From Longimicrobiales bacterium (GTDB lineage Bacteria > Gemmatimonadota > Gemmatimonadetes > Longimicrobiales > Gaopeijiaceae): 64,000 bases of DNA. The position numbers were made by a program, and so were the translations under genes. The DNA is taken from contig CBDDCX010000008.1 of assembly GCA_965226375.1 (NCBI GenBank), positions 1,824,001 through 1,888,000 of the forward strand, in the 5' to 3' direction. The notes beneath the pieces were generated by a model that had not been told where the DNA came from, searched no databases, and saw only the letters and a list, made by a program, of their open reading frames with translations. This document shows, in pieces, positions 20,091 to 30,427 of the stretch. Numbering within the stretch: the first letter of the stretch is position 1; every line of letters begins with the position of its first letter.

Positions 20091-20175
20091 TCCCGCGACC
20101 GTAATCGTGTGGTTAGAAACCTACGGCGGTCATGTCGGTATCAATGCTCCGAACAAGGCCAATCAGGAGGCACCG

Positions 20176-20862
20176 ATGTCGTTCCGTGTGATCATGGCAG
20201 GGCTGAGAACGATGGGCACCGCGCAGAACCGGAAGGTCTACACCAGGCACGGCGTAGGGAAAAAGATGTACGGGGTCAGTTATGCAAACCTGAACAAACT
20301 CAGAAAGCAGATCGGAACGGACCAGGCCCTCGCGGAGCAGCTATGGACCTCGGGTAACCACGATGCTCGCGTGCTCGCAACCATGGTGGCGGACCCTGGT
20401 CAGGTGAAGTCCAGTTTGCTCGACGCCTGGATCAAGGACGTGGACTCCTATGTGTTGGCCGATGCGCTCAGGGACCTGGTCGCCCGCACGCCGTTCGCCC
20501 AGAAAAAGTTCGAGAAGTGGTCGCGCTCGAAGGCGGAGTTCGTCGGGCAGGTGGGCTGGGGCCTGCTCTCCTACCTCGCCAGCAATGTTGAAGACCTCAA
20601 CAACGCGTTCTTCGTAGAGCAGCTAAAGACGATCGACGCCGAGATCCACACCGGAGCCAACCGTGTCCGCCACTCCATGAACGGAGCGATCATCAGTATC
20701 GGAGCGAGGAACGCGACGCTACGAAAAAGAGCCACGGCCGCCGCGAACCGGATCGGGACGATCCACATCGACCACGGCGAGACGAACTGCACCACCCCGG
20801 CCGCCGTGCCGTATATCGACAAGATGTGGGCGCGCAAGGAAGCGAAGGAGGCGGGGGGCTGA
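20176..20862 (+). CDS. DNA alkylation repair protein (AlkD-like HEAT repeat)
   Basis: LAEQLW.SGNHDARVLA, DHGETNCTTP motifs; AGGAGG RBS. Confidence 0.8.
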   Translation: MSFRVIMAGLRTMGTAQNRKVYTRHGVGKKMYGVSYANLNKLRKQIGTDQALAEQLWTSGNHDARVLATMVADPGQVKSSLLDAWIKDVDSYVLADALRDLVARTPFAQKKFEKWSRSKAEFVGQVGWGLLSYLASNVEDLNNAFFVEQLKTIDAEIHTGANRVRHSMNGAIISIGARNATLRKRATAAANRIGTIHIDHGETNCTTPAAVPYIDKMWARKEAKEAGG

Positions 20863-20964
20863 CGCCCGGGGAACACATGCAAAACCTGCCATTTCGGCAA
20901 GTCCACGCTTTCACAACCGTCCCTCGACAGAGGCCGACCCCGTGGATACCCGGACGCCGTGGTC

Positions 20965-21342
20965 CTAGGACACGGTGATACTCGCCGTCGCGGAGCTGGA
21001 CGTACCGTTGACCATGACCGTAGCCGTTATGGTGACCTGGCCCGGAGCCAGACCTTCGACCGTGCCGGAACCACCGACGGTGGCCACTGACTTGTCGCTC
21101 GAGCTCCACATGATCGGTTGGCCGGAGACGACCCTGCCGGTTCCGTCCCGGACGGTGGGAGTTATGGCCAACGACCCTCCGATTTCGACCGTCGCAGTAG
21201 TGGGAGACAGGCTGATCGTAAGGGAGGTGGCCGGACCCAATCCGGTATCCGGCTCCCCTCCTGCACAGGACAGGAGGATCACGGGGGTCAACACCAAGCC
21301 AAGAGAGTGGATGCCGAACTTGGAGTAACGCACGGCTGTCAT
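20965..21342 (-). CDS. Short lipoprotein with one Big_2 Ig-like domain (possibly truncated)
   Basis: LLSC lipobox; WSSSDKSVATV...G.VTITAT. Confidence 0.7.
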   Translation of the reverse strand: MTAVRYSKFGIHSLGLVLTPVILLSCAGGEPDTGLGPATSLTISLSPTTATVEIGGSLAITPTVRDGTGRVVSGQPIMWSSSDKSVATVGGSGTVEGLAPGQVTITATVMVNGTSSSATASITVS

Positions 21343-21953
21343 ACCCTGGACCACCACTTACCCTTCGGTCCCTCCCCCTCGACCCGCGCGAAACCATGCC
21401 CCTGTAACTCATCACGCAGGGCGGCGACGAGCTTGTCCCCCTCGTGTCGCTCGAGATCGCCCTTGAACAGGAGTACGGTTCCATCATCACCGGTCAAGGA
21501 AGCCGAGACCTTCCTGGGCCCCTCGGCGTACTCCTCGATCTGGCGGACCAAGTTCTGAGCGAACTCCAGTCGATCATGCTTGGTGGCCGCCTTTGCTTTT
21601 CTGGCGCGGGCCTCGGCCTTCTCTGGACGAGCATCACTCCAGGCGGTGATCACCCCGGGAAGCGATAGGGGGAGTCCAGTCCCCAAGCCGAGCAGCAGGT
21701 ACCTCAGCGGGGAACCCACCGTCGCGTCGGCATCGAGCCCCTCACGGATTCCCGAAAACAGCCAATAGAACCCACCGAGCAGCCCACCCACCGCCAGGAC
21801 CACGAATACGACGACACCCCAGACCTTTATCCGGCCGAGGAAAACCCGCCCGCTCGGCCTGCGAGCCAGCGACGTGAGCCCGAATGACGACACGAGCCCC
21901 CCGACGAGCAGGGCCGCCATATGGGGGATCAGATCTCGGAGTACCGTCGTCAT
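21339..21953 (-). CDS. Hypothetical membrane protein
   Basis: 3 TM segments plus a soluble C-terminus; start MTTVLRD. Confidence 0.65.
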   Translation of the reverse strand: MTTVLRDLIPHMAALLVGGLVSSFGLTSLARRPSGRVFLGRIKVWGVVVFVVLAVGGLLGGFYWLFSGIREGLDADATVGSPLRYLLLGLGTGLPLSLPGVITAWSDARPEKAEARARKAKAATKHDRLEFAQNLVRQIEEYAEGPRKVSASLTGDDGTVLLFKGDLERHEGDKLVAALRDELQGHGFARVEGEGPKGKWWSRV

Positions 21954-21969
21954 CTGCTCCCGACCTGGG

Positions 21970-24618
21970 TTACCGGTCGTCCATGGCCAAGTCGGCCGAT
22001 CCGGGCCCACCCACGAGGGCGTTGAACAGCAGCTTGAACGTTCCGTGCGTCTGGGCACGATGCTGCGCCCTGAATCCGATGAGGACCACCTTGCCCTGAC
22101 CGTGTTCGACCGAGACCATGGCCGCTTTCTCGGCGATGACTTCCTCACCGAGAAGCCATCCGCTCTGCAGCAGATCGCGGTCCACGAACGTAACGATCCG
22201 GTCGGCTCGCTCGTTGCGTGCCGACGCAACGATCTCATACGCATGGTTGTTGCCCAGGAAGGTGGCCAGCCCATGCTCGGGCATACCGTACGCCATGGGA
22301 TGAGTGTTGTCGATATTCACACGTAGGGTGGACCCCGGCGACCAGAACTCGGTCGAGGAAAGTCCCTCCCTCACGTTGCGAACGGGGAGCCCGAACTCGT
22401 CGATGGGCAACGCCCCGGCCTCGGCGAAGGTCACTAGCGTGCCTCCGTTCTCCACGAAAGCCTCCAGCGCGTCGAGTCCCTCCTGACCGAAGCCACTCCG
22501 GTACTCCTCGGGATAAGTCTGAACTCCACCTCCGGCACCGCCACCTTCAGGCTCCTCCCCAGTCATACGAGCCGTGCCGTCGGCCGGTAGAATGATCACG
22601 TCATAGTCTTCGTGGAGGTCACCGCCCGTGATCTCTGCATCCATGAGGGTCACATAAGGGAAACTGAAGTCCTCGAGCAGCCAGCGCGTCCAACCCTCGT
22701 CCATGTTGCCGCCGAGGTATCGCTGATACATCCCGATGCGAAGCTGAGTCAGCGGTCGGCTCCCGCTCGACGCGTCGGACTCCAAAGCGGCGAAGTCGAC
22801 TCCGGTCTCCCGGGCCACTTCGGCCACGGTCGCGTCCGACGCACCGGCATCCACCAGGAAGTCACCGGGTCGAAGGCTCTCATCTGCCGGTCGATCCACT
22901 CGCCGCACGCCCACGTTGGCCGCGAGCAGGAGGTTCACCGCCTCGAAGCTGTCGTTCAGGCGGCCGTCCAGAACGTAGCCGAAACGGCCCTTCGACACCT
23001 GACCATCGGGGTCGATCAGCGTCGTCACCTCGGTGAGCCCGGTCTCGACGGCCTCGGCCACCGGATCCACACGAACGCCCATGAACTCCGCCATGTTGTC
23101 CGTGGACATGTCGTAGGGCCGGATTGGGTTGCCGTCCCGATCACGGGTGTAGGAATTGTCAGGATAGAAGGTCTGCCCGAGAAGCCAGCGGATCACGCCC
23201 ATCTTGGGCTGGGCCATCGACACCACGAAAGTGCCCGCCCCGTACACGCGTCCCTCGTGGACGAACTCACCCGTGGCCTCATGCACCTCGATGCCCTGGC
23301 CCAGAAGCTTGTTCACCAACTTCTTGGCGGTGAGGGGGTCATGCTGCTCCGCCGGGATCACGTAAGCCGCCGTCTCGCCACTCGCCCCCCTCGCCGTCTG
23401 CCGTAGGGCCTTCAGAGAGGCGTTCTTGAGCACCGTCTCACGGTTTCGCGCCGCAATGTCCAGTGTCGCGATGGCCGCGATCTTCTGCTGCTCGACGATA
23501 TCACGCACGCGCCACCAGCCACCCGGCCAAGGGTTCGGGAACGACGTCTGCTCCTCGTACTCGGGCAGGCCGCGGCGCGAGCCCTGAAGCTGGTCGGGGT
23601 GCACGAAGAGTGGCGTGGCCAGTCGGGCGCTAGCCGACTCGGTGAGCATCCCCGCAATGTTGTGGAACGGAGTGATCCAGTGGAATCCCATGTGGCCCCA
23701 ACCGGAATAGATGGCCGCATTCACCACGCCGGACTTGTCGGCCTCCTCCTCCTTGTACGCAATGTGGGCGCCATACCAGCTCATCTCCCGCCAAACCAAG
23801 GGATCGGCTGAGGGCCGGATGGGCTCGGCGTAAGGCGGCACGTAGATGCGAGCTCCATAAGCACCCATCTGGTGGTGGTCCACGTAGGCCTGCGGAATCC
23901 ACTCGCGGAACAGGATCTCTGCGCCGTACTGGGATTCGACCGTATTGGTCATGAAGGCGTCGCGATTGTTGTCGTGGCCGATGTACTTGTGATACAGCCA
24001 CGGCATCCCGTTCCCCTCGTACTCGGTGCCCACGGTCTCATTGTACCAGTCGGTGACCATGATCTCACCGTCGGGATTGAAGCACGGAATCATGATGCCG
24101 ATGGTGTTGTCCAGAATACGCATGACCTCCCGGTCGGTGCGTGTGACCAGGTCGTACATGAGCTCCGCCGCCATCTGTCCCGATGCCACTTCGGTAGAGT
24201 GGAGGCACATGGACTGCACCACCACCGCTTTCCCTTCGGAGATGGCCCGGTCGATCTCCGTCTGCGGCACGCCCCTGGGGTCACTGAGGGTGGCGTTGAT
24301 GCGCTTGAGCTCGTCGAGCCTGGCCAGGTTCTCCGGTGAGGACAGGTAGAGCGCCAAGAACGGGTTGCCCATGGTCGTGGGCCCCATGTCGACGACCTGG
24401 AGTCGGGGGCTCTGCTCCCCGAGGAGGTTGTAGTACTCAACCAGCTTATCCCACCGAGCGAGCCTTCGATCCGCACCCATCTGGAATCCGAAGAAGCTCT
24501 CGGGCGTGGGGATCTGTTGCGCCCCGACGCTTGCGGGAGAGAGGACCGGGCCAGGACCGCCGACGCCCAAGGCGAGGAGGACCAGCATGATTTGGAACGA
24601 GGCATACTTCGTATTCAT
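21970..24618 (-). CDS. Secreted M14 zinc carboxypeptidase family protein
   Basis: Signal peptide; HSTE, NPDG, HDNNRD, DHHQMG. Confidence 0.88.
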   Translation of the reverse strand: MNTKYASFQIMLVLLALGVGGPGPVLSPASVGAQQIPTPESFFGFQMGADRRLARWDKLVEYYNLLGEQSPRLQVVDMGPTTMGNPFLALYLSSPENLARLDELKRINATLSDPRGVPQTEIDRAISEGKAVVVQSMCLHSTEVASGQMAAELMYDLVTRTDREVMRILDNTIGIMIPCFNPDGEIMVTDWYNETVGTEYEGNGMPWLYHKYIGHDNNRDAFMTNTVESQYGAEILFREWIPQAYVDHHQMGAYGARIYVPPYAEPIRPSADPLVWREMSWYGAHIAYKEEEADKSGVVNAAIYSGWGHMGFHWITPFHNIAGMLTESASARLATPLFVHPDQLQGSRRGLPEYEEQTSFPNPWPGGWWRVRDIVEQQKIAAIATLDIAARNRETVLKNASLKALRQTARGASGETAAYVIPAEQHDPLTAKKLVNKLLGQGIEVHEATGEFVHEGRVYGAGTFVVSMAQPKMGVIRWLLGQTFYPDNSYTRDRDGNPIRPYDMSTDNMAEFMGVRVDPVAEAVETGLTEVTTLIDPDGQVSKGRFGYVLDGRLNDSFEAVNLLLAANVGVRRVDRPADESLRPGDFLVDAGASDATVAEVARETGVDFAALESDASSGSRPLTQLRIGMYQRYLGGNMDEGWTRWLLEDFSFPYVTLMDAEITGGDLHEDYDVIILPADGTARMTGEEPEGGGAGGGVQTYPEEYRSGFGQEGLDALEAFVENGGTLVTFAEAGALPIDEFGLPVRNVREGLSSTEFWSPGSTLRVNIDNTHPMAYGMPEHGLATFLGNNHAYEIVASARNERADRIVTFVDRDLLQSGWLLGEEVIAEKAAMVSVEHGQGKVVLIGFRAQHRAQTHGTFKLLFNALVGGPGSADLAMDDR

Positions 24619-24662
24619 TGGGCGCTTCCTAAGAGTCGAACGATCACTGTTCTGTCCCCACA

Positions 24663-25181
24663 TCATACGACATCGGGGCCCTCGGGCCACTCCTTGCCGG
24701 GAGCCTTTGGCGCCGGCTGATCCGCACCCAGATTCGACGGATCGACATCCGCTTCGAAGAAATTCTCGGGGGGAACCGGAGATCCAAATAAGCGGCGTAG
24801 CATGGCCAACTGTCCCGCGTGTGTCATGGCATCCGAGAAGGGGCCCTGCAGCAGTCGCTCAGCCGTCGTTTGACTCATGGCCTTTACGGTATGGATCGCG
24901 CCCGAGAGATCATTGAGCATGGCATGGAACCGAGCGATCTCGTCCTGGAACGTCTCGGAGGCTTCAGCCAGATAGGATTCGCCTCGGAGCGTCGCGTGAG
25001 CCCAGCCCATCACATTCGTCATGTGATGGACAAGCTCCCTGGGGGATCGCACTCGATTGCCCGCCGAGAAATCGGCGAAATCGGGCGGCGCCTCGTGGAG
25101 CGCCTTCTGCGTGCGATAGGCGAGGGCCGCAAGAAAGTGAAGGAGCATCGCGCGTTTTTCGTCCACTCTGACTCCGATCAC
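24663..25181 (-). CDS. DinB-like four-helix protein
   Basis: RELVHH...DAMTHAGQLAMLRR. Confidence 0.7.
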   Translation of the reverse strand: MIGVRVDEKRAMLLHFLAALAYRTQKALHEAPPDFADFSAGNRVRSPRELVHHMTNVMGWAHATLRGESYLAEASETFQDEIARFHAMLNDLSGAIHTVKAMSQTTAERLLQGPFSDAMTHAGQLAMLRRLFGSPVPPENFFEADVDPSNLGADQPAPKAPGKEWPEGPDVV

Positions 25182-25203
25182 CGACGTCTTACGTCAGCCA
25201 GCC

Positions 25204-25653
25204 TCACTCCATGTTCAAGCGTTCCTGCATGCCCATGAGCCGGTAGCTCTGCTCGATCCATTTCTGGATCTCGCTGTCGAGCTGAGTGGCGTGGACAACC
25301 TTGATCCAGTGGACATACCACCCCGGCACCACCTCCTCGACGCTCTCGATCCGATCGGACTCGAGCGTGAAGGGCAACGCGAACGACCACGTCATCCCTC
25401 GCTCGGAAATGTTGGTGATGGTCGCAAAGCGGACACACCCCATGAATGCGATACGGGTCTTGGCCGGCGCCACGTGGTATTCCCCGCAGGCGGCGATCAT
25501 CTGCTCGAACTGGTTGTAGAGTGCCGCGCCACGGGGGCCCAGCTCGTCGATCCAGTCCCCGAGCGTAACCTCCCCGCAGGTGTGCCACTGGCCCTCGGTC
25601 GCGAACTTGGCCCCGCACTCGGGGCATGCCCAAAGTTCGCCCAAGTTAGACAT
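25204..25653 (-). CDS. DUF5655-like protein with N-terminal Zn-ribbon
   Basis: WACPECG...QWHTCG; KTRIAF...RFA. Confidence 0.7.
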   Translation of the reverse strand: MSNLGELWACPECGAKFATEGQWHTCGEVTLGDWIDELGPRGAALYNQFEQMIAACGEYHVAPAKTRIAFMGCVRFATITNISERGMTWSFALPFTLESDRIESVEEVVPGWYVHWIKVVHATQLDSEIQKWIEQSYRLMGMQERLNME

Positions 25654-25809
25654 CAGAGTTGATTCCGAACCCAATTTCGTACGTGCCTCATGGTTTCGCC
25701 TTTGCCGCAACCCTCCCGTATCTACAATATGCAACCAGCGGCCACCTTCGTGTGCGATAAAGTACCGTCGGGTCGTCATCGGGCTTCCTCCCAGACCATC
25801 GTTGCCACT

Positions 25810-26937
25810 CTACCTTCGGTCCTCCACCCGTGCGCCTACCAACCTCGCCAACGCCCCCAGGGTCGTCTGAGCCGCGTTGAACCCGAGGCGGAAGTCCGCG
25901 TCCGAGAAGGTCACGAAGAGGTCGGTCGGTTGGTGCCAGTGCGGGTTGGCCCGGTTGCCCGTCTCGTAAAGCCGCCGATTCTCTCGAAGGCTGACGGCGG
26001 CCACTAAATCCTGGAACGGGCCGGAGTCGGTGTTGCTCATGGCATTGCTCATGGCCGCCGGATAGTCGGTGGCGAACATCCGGTTGGCGTTGAGGAGCTT
26101 CAGGGCGAGAGCCGCCGAGTCGTCGGCCTTCTCGGAAGCGAGCTGGAACTCGATGTCCACGTCGGCGTCCAGGGCCTGATTGAACGTCACCGGATTACCG
26201 TGATCCCAGAGCATCATGTCGTGTTGGATCATGCCCAGCCACGTCGGCTCCGGATACTGCCCGGACCCCGCGGGCTCTTCAATTCCCTGGAGAGGGGCCC
26301 GCTGCTCGACGTAGGCGCGGGCTCCATTCAGCCCGGTCTCCTCGTTGTTCCAGAGGGCGAAGCGGATGGACCGGGCCGTCCGGACCTCCGACAGCGCCCG
26401 CGCGATCTCCATGACAAGGGCGGTGCCCGACCCGTCGTCGTTCGCGGCCTGACCACCGCCCCGCCCATCCATGTGGGCACCGATGATGTACATCTCGCCG
26501 GGTACATCGCTGCCCACCTTGGTGGCGTAGACCTCTTCGCGGGGCTCGGCCACGGTGCCACCCCGAGGCGTGAACTGGTAGTGGATCCGCCCGGTCTCGT
26601 ATCCCCAGCCCTGGAGCTGCGCCTCAATCCAGTCTATGGCCCGGGCGTTCCGCTCCGTGCCCTGCTCACGGTCGCCGAACTGAGTCAGGCCGCGCAGGAT
26701 CTCCTTGTAGCTGTCGAAATCCAGGCGATCGACCACCGCCTTGACCGCGCTATCCGCGGCCGTCATCTCGAGGCCACCGAGCACTCGGCTCACTCGTCGA
26801 TCGTCCGGTCGGGCCTGCTGTCCACTGCCTCGATCCTGACTCGTCAGAGCGGTCGGCCCGACGAACACGGCAATCGAGAGTGCGATCAGGGACAAACGAC
26901 CAGCCAGGGCCGGCGATAGATACAGGCGATTCAACAT
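25810..26937 (-). CDS. Secreted M28 family peptidase
   Basis: GAHMDG, ANDDGSG, NEETGL, HDMM, HWH. Confidence 0.88.
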   Translation of the reverse strand: MLNRLYLSPALAGRLSLIALSIAVFVGPTALTSQDRGSGQQARPDDRRVSRVLGGLEMTAADSAVKAVVDRLDFDSYKEILRGLTQFGDREQGTERNARAIDWIEAQLQGWGYETGRIHYQFTPRGGTVAEPREEVYATKVGSDVPGEMYIIGAHMDGRGGGQAANDDGSGTALVMEIARALSEVRTARSIRFALWNNEETGLNGARAYVEQRAPLQGIEEPAGSGQYPEPTWLGMIQHDMMLWDHGNPVTFNQALDADVDIEFQLASEKADDSAALALKLLNANRMFATDYPAAMSNAMSNTDSGPFQDLVAAVSLRENRRLYETGNRANPHWHQPTDLFVTFSDADFRLGFNAAQTTLGALARLVGARVEDRR

Positions 26938-27202
26938 GGTGGATTCCTCGGGATGTGAGGCGCGAATAAACGCCGTCAGACTGACTCGGCATCCTTACGC
27001 GTGGCCATCTGTCGGCGCAAGACGTGACAGGGCTCCCAGCGTCAGAGTCCCGGACTCTGTAGGGAAAATCCCCCCCTTCGGCGGTGCCATCGACTCCCGC
27101 TCTAGCACACGGGACTTTCGGTACGACCCGAATCTCCGTAGATGCATAGATCGATGGACGTTGGTGCGCGCCCGAAACTTCAGTTGCTTCAGGAGATTAG
27201 AG

Positions 27203-28366
27203 ATGTCCCGTATCGCCTTGGCATTCGTTGCCGCCGGTCTCTCCCTGTCAGTCGCAACCACCGCTCAGGGCCAAGCGTCGGTCTACCGCTCCGCTCTCCA
27301 CGACTTCCAGTTGGTGACCGTTGCGGATGGACTCGTGCATCCATGGTCTATGGCGTTCCTTCCGGGCGGCGACATGCTGATCACAGAGCGGCCCGGGCGG
27401 CTTCGGATCGTGCGGAACGGGACGCTGCTCTTCGACCCGGTGCCCGGAGTGCCCGAGGTATTGGCAGAGGGTCAGGGCGGACTCCTCGACGTGATGCCAC
27501 ACCCGGACTTCGCGTCCAACCACCTCCTCTACCTGAGCTACTCGAAACCCATCGGCGACGGGTCCAGCGCCACGACGGCGGTGGTCCGGGGGACGTTCGA
27601 GGACGATCGCCTCAGCAACGTCGAAGAGATTTTCGAGGCCGCTTCGAGAGGACGCGGCCACTACGGCTCACGACTCGCATTCGACGGCAACGGCCATCTA
27701 TTCATCAGCGTAGGTGACCGCCAAGCACCGTCCACGGGCGATCTGGAGGCCCATCCCGCGCAGGATCGGTCGAACAACCACGGCACCATCAATCGGATCA
27801 ACGACGACGGGAGTATTCCGGATGACAATCCGTTCGTGGGTGAATCCGATATCCGTCCGGAGATCTGGAGCTACGGGCACAGGAACCCACAGGGGCTCAT
27901 CATCCATCCGGAGACCGGCGACATCTGGGCCACCGAGCACGGCCCCCAGGGAGGCGACGAACTGAACCTCATCCGTCCTGGCGTAAACTACGGATGGCCG
28001 GTCGTGGGGTACGGTGTGAACTACGGGAGCGGATCCGTGATCCACGAAGGCACCCTTCGGGACGGCATCCAACCGCCGATCCACTTCTGGGTGCCCTCCA
28101 TCGCGACCGCCGGCATGATGGTCTATACCGGTGACCGGTTCCCGGCATGGCGCGGCAACATCTTCGTAGGAGGGATGGCCGGTCAGCAGCTCGCTCGCCT
28201 GACCATGGACGGCCAGGTCGTAGAGGTCGAGGAGACCCTACTCAATGGGTTGGGCCGGATTCGCGACGTCCGCCAGGGACGGGACGGATACATCTACGTG
28301 GCGGTCGAGGACCGAGGGGGAGCACCTACCGCCGTCTATCGGATGGAACCGGCCGGCGCGCGGTAA
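27203..28366 (+). CDS. PQQ-dependent glucose/sorbosone dehydrogenase family
   Basis: HPWSMAFLP, GQGGLLDV, HYGSRLAF, YGHRNPQG, EHGPQGGDELN, RIRDV. Confidence 0.92.
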   Translation: MSRIALAFVAAGLSLSVATTAQGQASVYRSALHDFQLVTVADGLVHPWSMAFLPGGDMLITERPGRLRIVRNGTLLFDPVPGVPEVLAEGQGGLLDVMPHPDFASNHLLYLSYSKPIGDGSSATTAVVRGTFEDDRLSNVEEIFEAASRGRGHYGSRLAFDGNGHLFISVGDRQAPSTGDLEAHPAQDRSNNHGTINRINDDGSIPDDNPFVGESDIRPEIWSYGHRNPQGLIIHPETGDIWATEHGPQGGDELNLIRPGVNYGWPVVGYGVNYGSGSVIHEGTLRDGIQPPIHFWVPSIATAGMMVYTGDRFPAWRGNIFVGGMAGQQLARLTMDGQVVEVEETLLNGLGRIRDVRQGRDGYIYVAVEDRGGAPTAVYRMEPAGAR

Positions 28367-28383
28367 GCGCCGGCCAGGGGTTA

Positions 28384-29382
28384 TCATCCCCCTTCGACCA
28401 CACAGAGCCGGGCGAAGTCCTCAGGGATGGGTACATCCATCTGCTCCTGTGACCAGCTGCTCGGAAGCCGCACATGCAGAACCTCAGGCAGTCCATCTTT
28501 CGCTCTGAAGGAGATCTTGAACCCATCGGGCTCCCCAAGTTCGCCGGCCCCCTCTGACCCGTTCCTGAGCCCCTTCTGGAAGTCCCTCGGCCTATACTGC
28601 TCGTACGCGTAACCGTTTCTCCCCATGTGGGCCACGTTCGCGAGTTGCCGTCCTTCCTTCAACGGATAATACCGCCGAACCGATAGCGTGGATTGGGATA
28701 AGTTCTGTCCATAACGACGGTGTACGACGCGGACCACGGCGTCCATGTCATCCTCGGGAATGTGGTCCTTGAGGCGTCCGATCTCCTCTTCGTCTTCAAA
28801 GAATTTCGGGTACCGGCTGGGCTTCAGGTGCCGAAGCTCCCGCGAGCCCATCTCGAACGTGTGCTTCTTCCCGTATTGATCATGGCACTCGAGCCGCAGC
28901 CTGAGGCCACTCACATCCGTGATCGGTCCGGTGCCCTGGAAGTCGAGCCGGAGTGAGACGCCCTGGTTGGGAATGCCCGACGCCTGCGGCGATAGCATGA
29001 TCGGGCACACGTCGGCGCCGACCCATTCGTGAAGGATCTCGTTGTGATGACTCGGCGTCCCGCCGGCACCGCCGTAGTCGGTCCTGGTTCGCATCCGCTC
29101 CGAGAGTCGCTTTCCGTGCACGCCTCCATCGAGCCATCCGTCGCCGAGGTTAGCCGAAACATCCAACCGGATCACCGTGTTCGGCTTGTCGCTGAGGTTG
29201 GTGACGATGAAGTCGGCGTCCGTGTAGACGTGCAGCGTGTTGAAGTCGTCGTCGACGACCAGCCGCTCGGGAGCGAAGCGGAAGATCTCGAGCTTCGGGC
29301 GCCGCCCCACACGTGTGGCGATGAACGTGTAGATGGAAAGGACGAAGCCGATGACAGCGATGACGAACGTGACGTTTTGCAT
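28384..29382 (-). CDS. Hypothetical protein with N-terminal TM anchor
   Basis: 332-aa ORF, coding-like composition, no family recognised. Confidence 0.65.
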   Translation of the reverse strand: MQNVTFVIAVIGFVLSIYTFIATRVGRRPKLEIFRFAPERLVVDDDFNTLHVYTDADFIVTNLSDKPNTVIRLDVSANLGDGWLDGGVHGKRLSERMRTRTDYGGAGGTPSHHNEILHEWVGADVCPIMLSPQASGIPNQGVSLRLDFQGTGPITDVSGLRLRLECHDQYGKKHTFEMGSRELRHLKPSRYPKFFEDEEEIGRLKDHIPEDDMDAVVRVVHRRYGQNLSQSTLSVRRYYPLKEGRQLANVAHMGRNGYAYEQYRPRDFQKGLRNGSEGAGELGEPDGFKISFRAKDGLPEVLHVRLPSSWSQEQMDVPIPEDFARLCVVEGG

Positions 29383-29412
29383 CAGGCCTCCCGACCGATG
29401 TGCAGCCGAAGC

Positions 29413-30159
29413 CTACGACCCGGCCCCACCAGCACGTGCGTGCAGCGCGAACGAAGCGCCCTGCGGGTCCATGCACTGCGCAACCCGGTCCCCGTCGGGC
29501 ACGTCCATGGGCCCATTGAGCACCTGACCGCCCAACGACTTCAGGGTCTTGATCGCCGCATCCAGGTCGGGCACGGTGACGTAGAGCAGCCAATGTGGAG
29601 AGGCAGGGATCTCCGCATGCAGGTTGTACATTCCCCCGAGCTCGTGCTCTCCGATCCCGTACATCTGGTACGTACCCTGTTCTCCCATCTCCATGGCGGT
29701 GGTCTTCTCCCACCCGAACAGGGCGGAGTAGAAGTCGAAGCCGGCCTCGTGGTCGGAGGTGGTCAACTCGTGCCAGGAGAACTCGCCCACGCCGGCAGGC
29801 CCCTCACGCCCGGGGGGATCGCGTAGCACGGCCATGCGCCCCACCTCCGGGACGCTCATGGGTTCCATCAGGACCTGGCCGCCGAGCCCCTTGGCCTGCT
29901 CAACGGTCGCATCCGTGTCGGGAGTCGAGACATAACCCAGCCAATGGGGCGGAGTGCCCGCGGCTCGGGCCTCTTCGGGAAGATCCATGATGCCCGCTAC
30001 CGGGGCCTCGCCAACGGTGAACATGGTATAGGGCGGATCGGAGCCTTCCCAATCCTGAACATTCCATCCGACCACCTTCTTGTAGAAGTCGATCGTAGGG
30101 CCCTTGTCCACGGTCAGCATCTCGTACCAGACGAACCGTCCATGCGGTGACTCGGCCAT
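29413..30159 (-). CDS. VOC/glyoxalase two-domain protein, apparent short in-frame deletion
   Basis: GRFVWYEM...FY..V.GW and GEFSWHEL...FY..LFGW; the first domain lacks the DPQGA.F strand present in the second. Confidence 0.85.
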   Translation of the reverse strand: MAESPHGRFVWYEMLTVDKGPTIDFYKKVVGWNVQDWEGSDPPYTMFTVGEAPVAGIMDLPEEARAAGTPPHWLGYVSTPDTDATVEQAKGLGGQVLMEPMSVPEVGRMAVLRDPPGREGPAGVGEFSWHELTTSDHEAGFDFYSALFGWEKTTAMEMGEQGTYQMYGIGEHELGGMYNLHAEIPASPHWLLYVTVPDLDAAIKTLKSLGGQVLNGPMDVPDGDRVAQCMDPQGASFALHARAGGAGS

Positions 30160-30427
30160 TGCTTGTCCTCCCGTCCGCATAGCAACCACGGGTCGGGCCA
30201 CGCGGGGGCGGGCGGACCCGGAAAGGACGTCAATAATGCGCGCGGCCAGGTCTTCCGGCCAGCGTGCAGCACTACCTACCCCGCTCCTTCGGGACCAGGC
30301 TGACAACCCGGGTTCGGCGGGGGTGGCGTCGGTGACGACCCACGGGCATGATGACTGCCACCTCGCGCCCGGATCGAGACGGTGCGACGCGATCAGCCAC
30401 GGGGCCAAACTCGTACGCGGAGGACGC

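Noticed and set aside
20905..20967. TAG read-through of the Big_2 lipoprotein
   Set aside because: Adds only 17 codons before the next stop; no support for recoding
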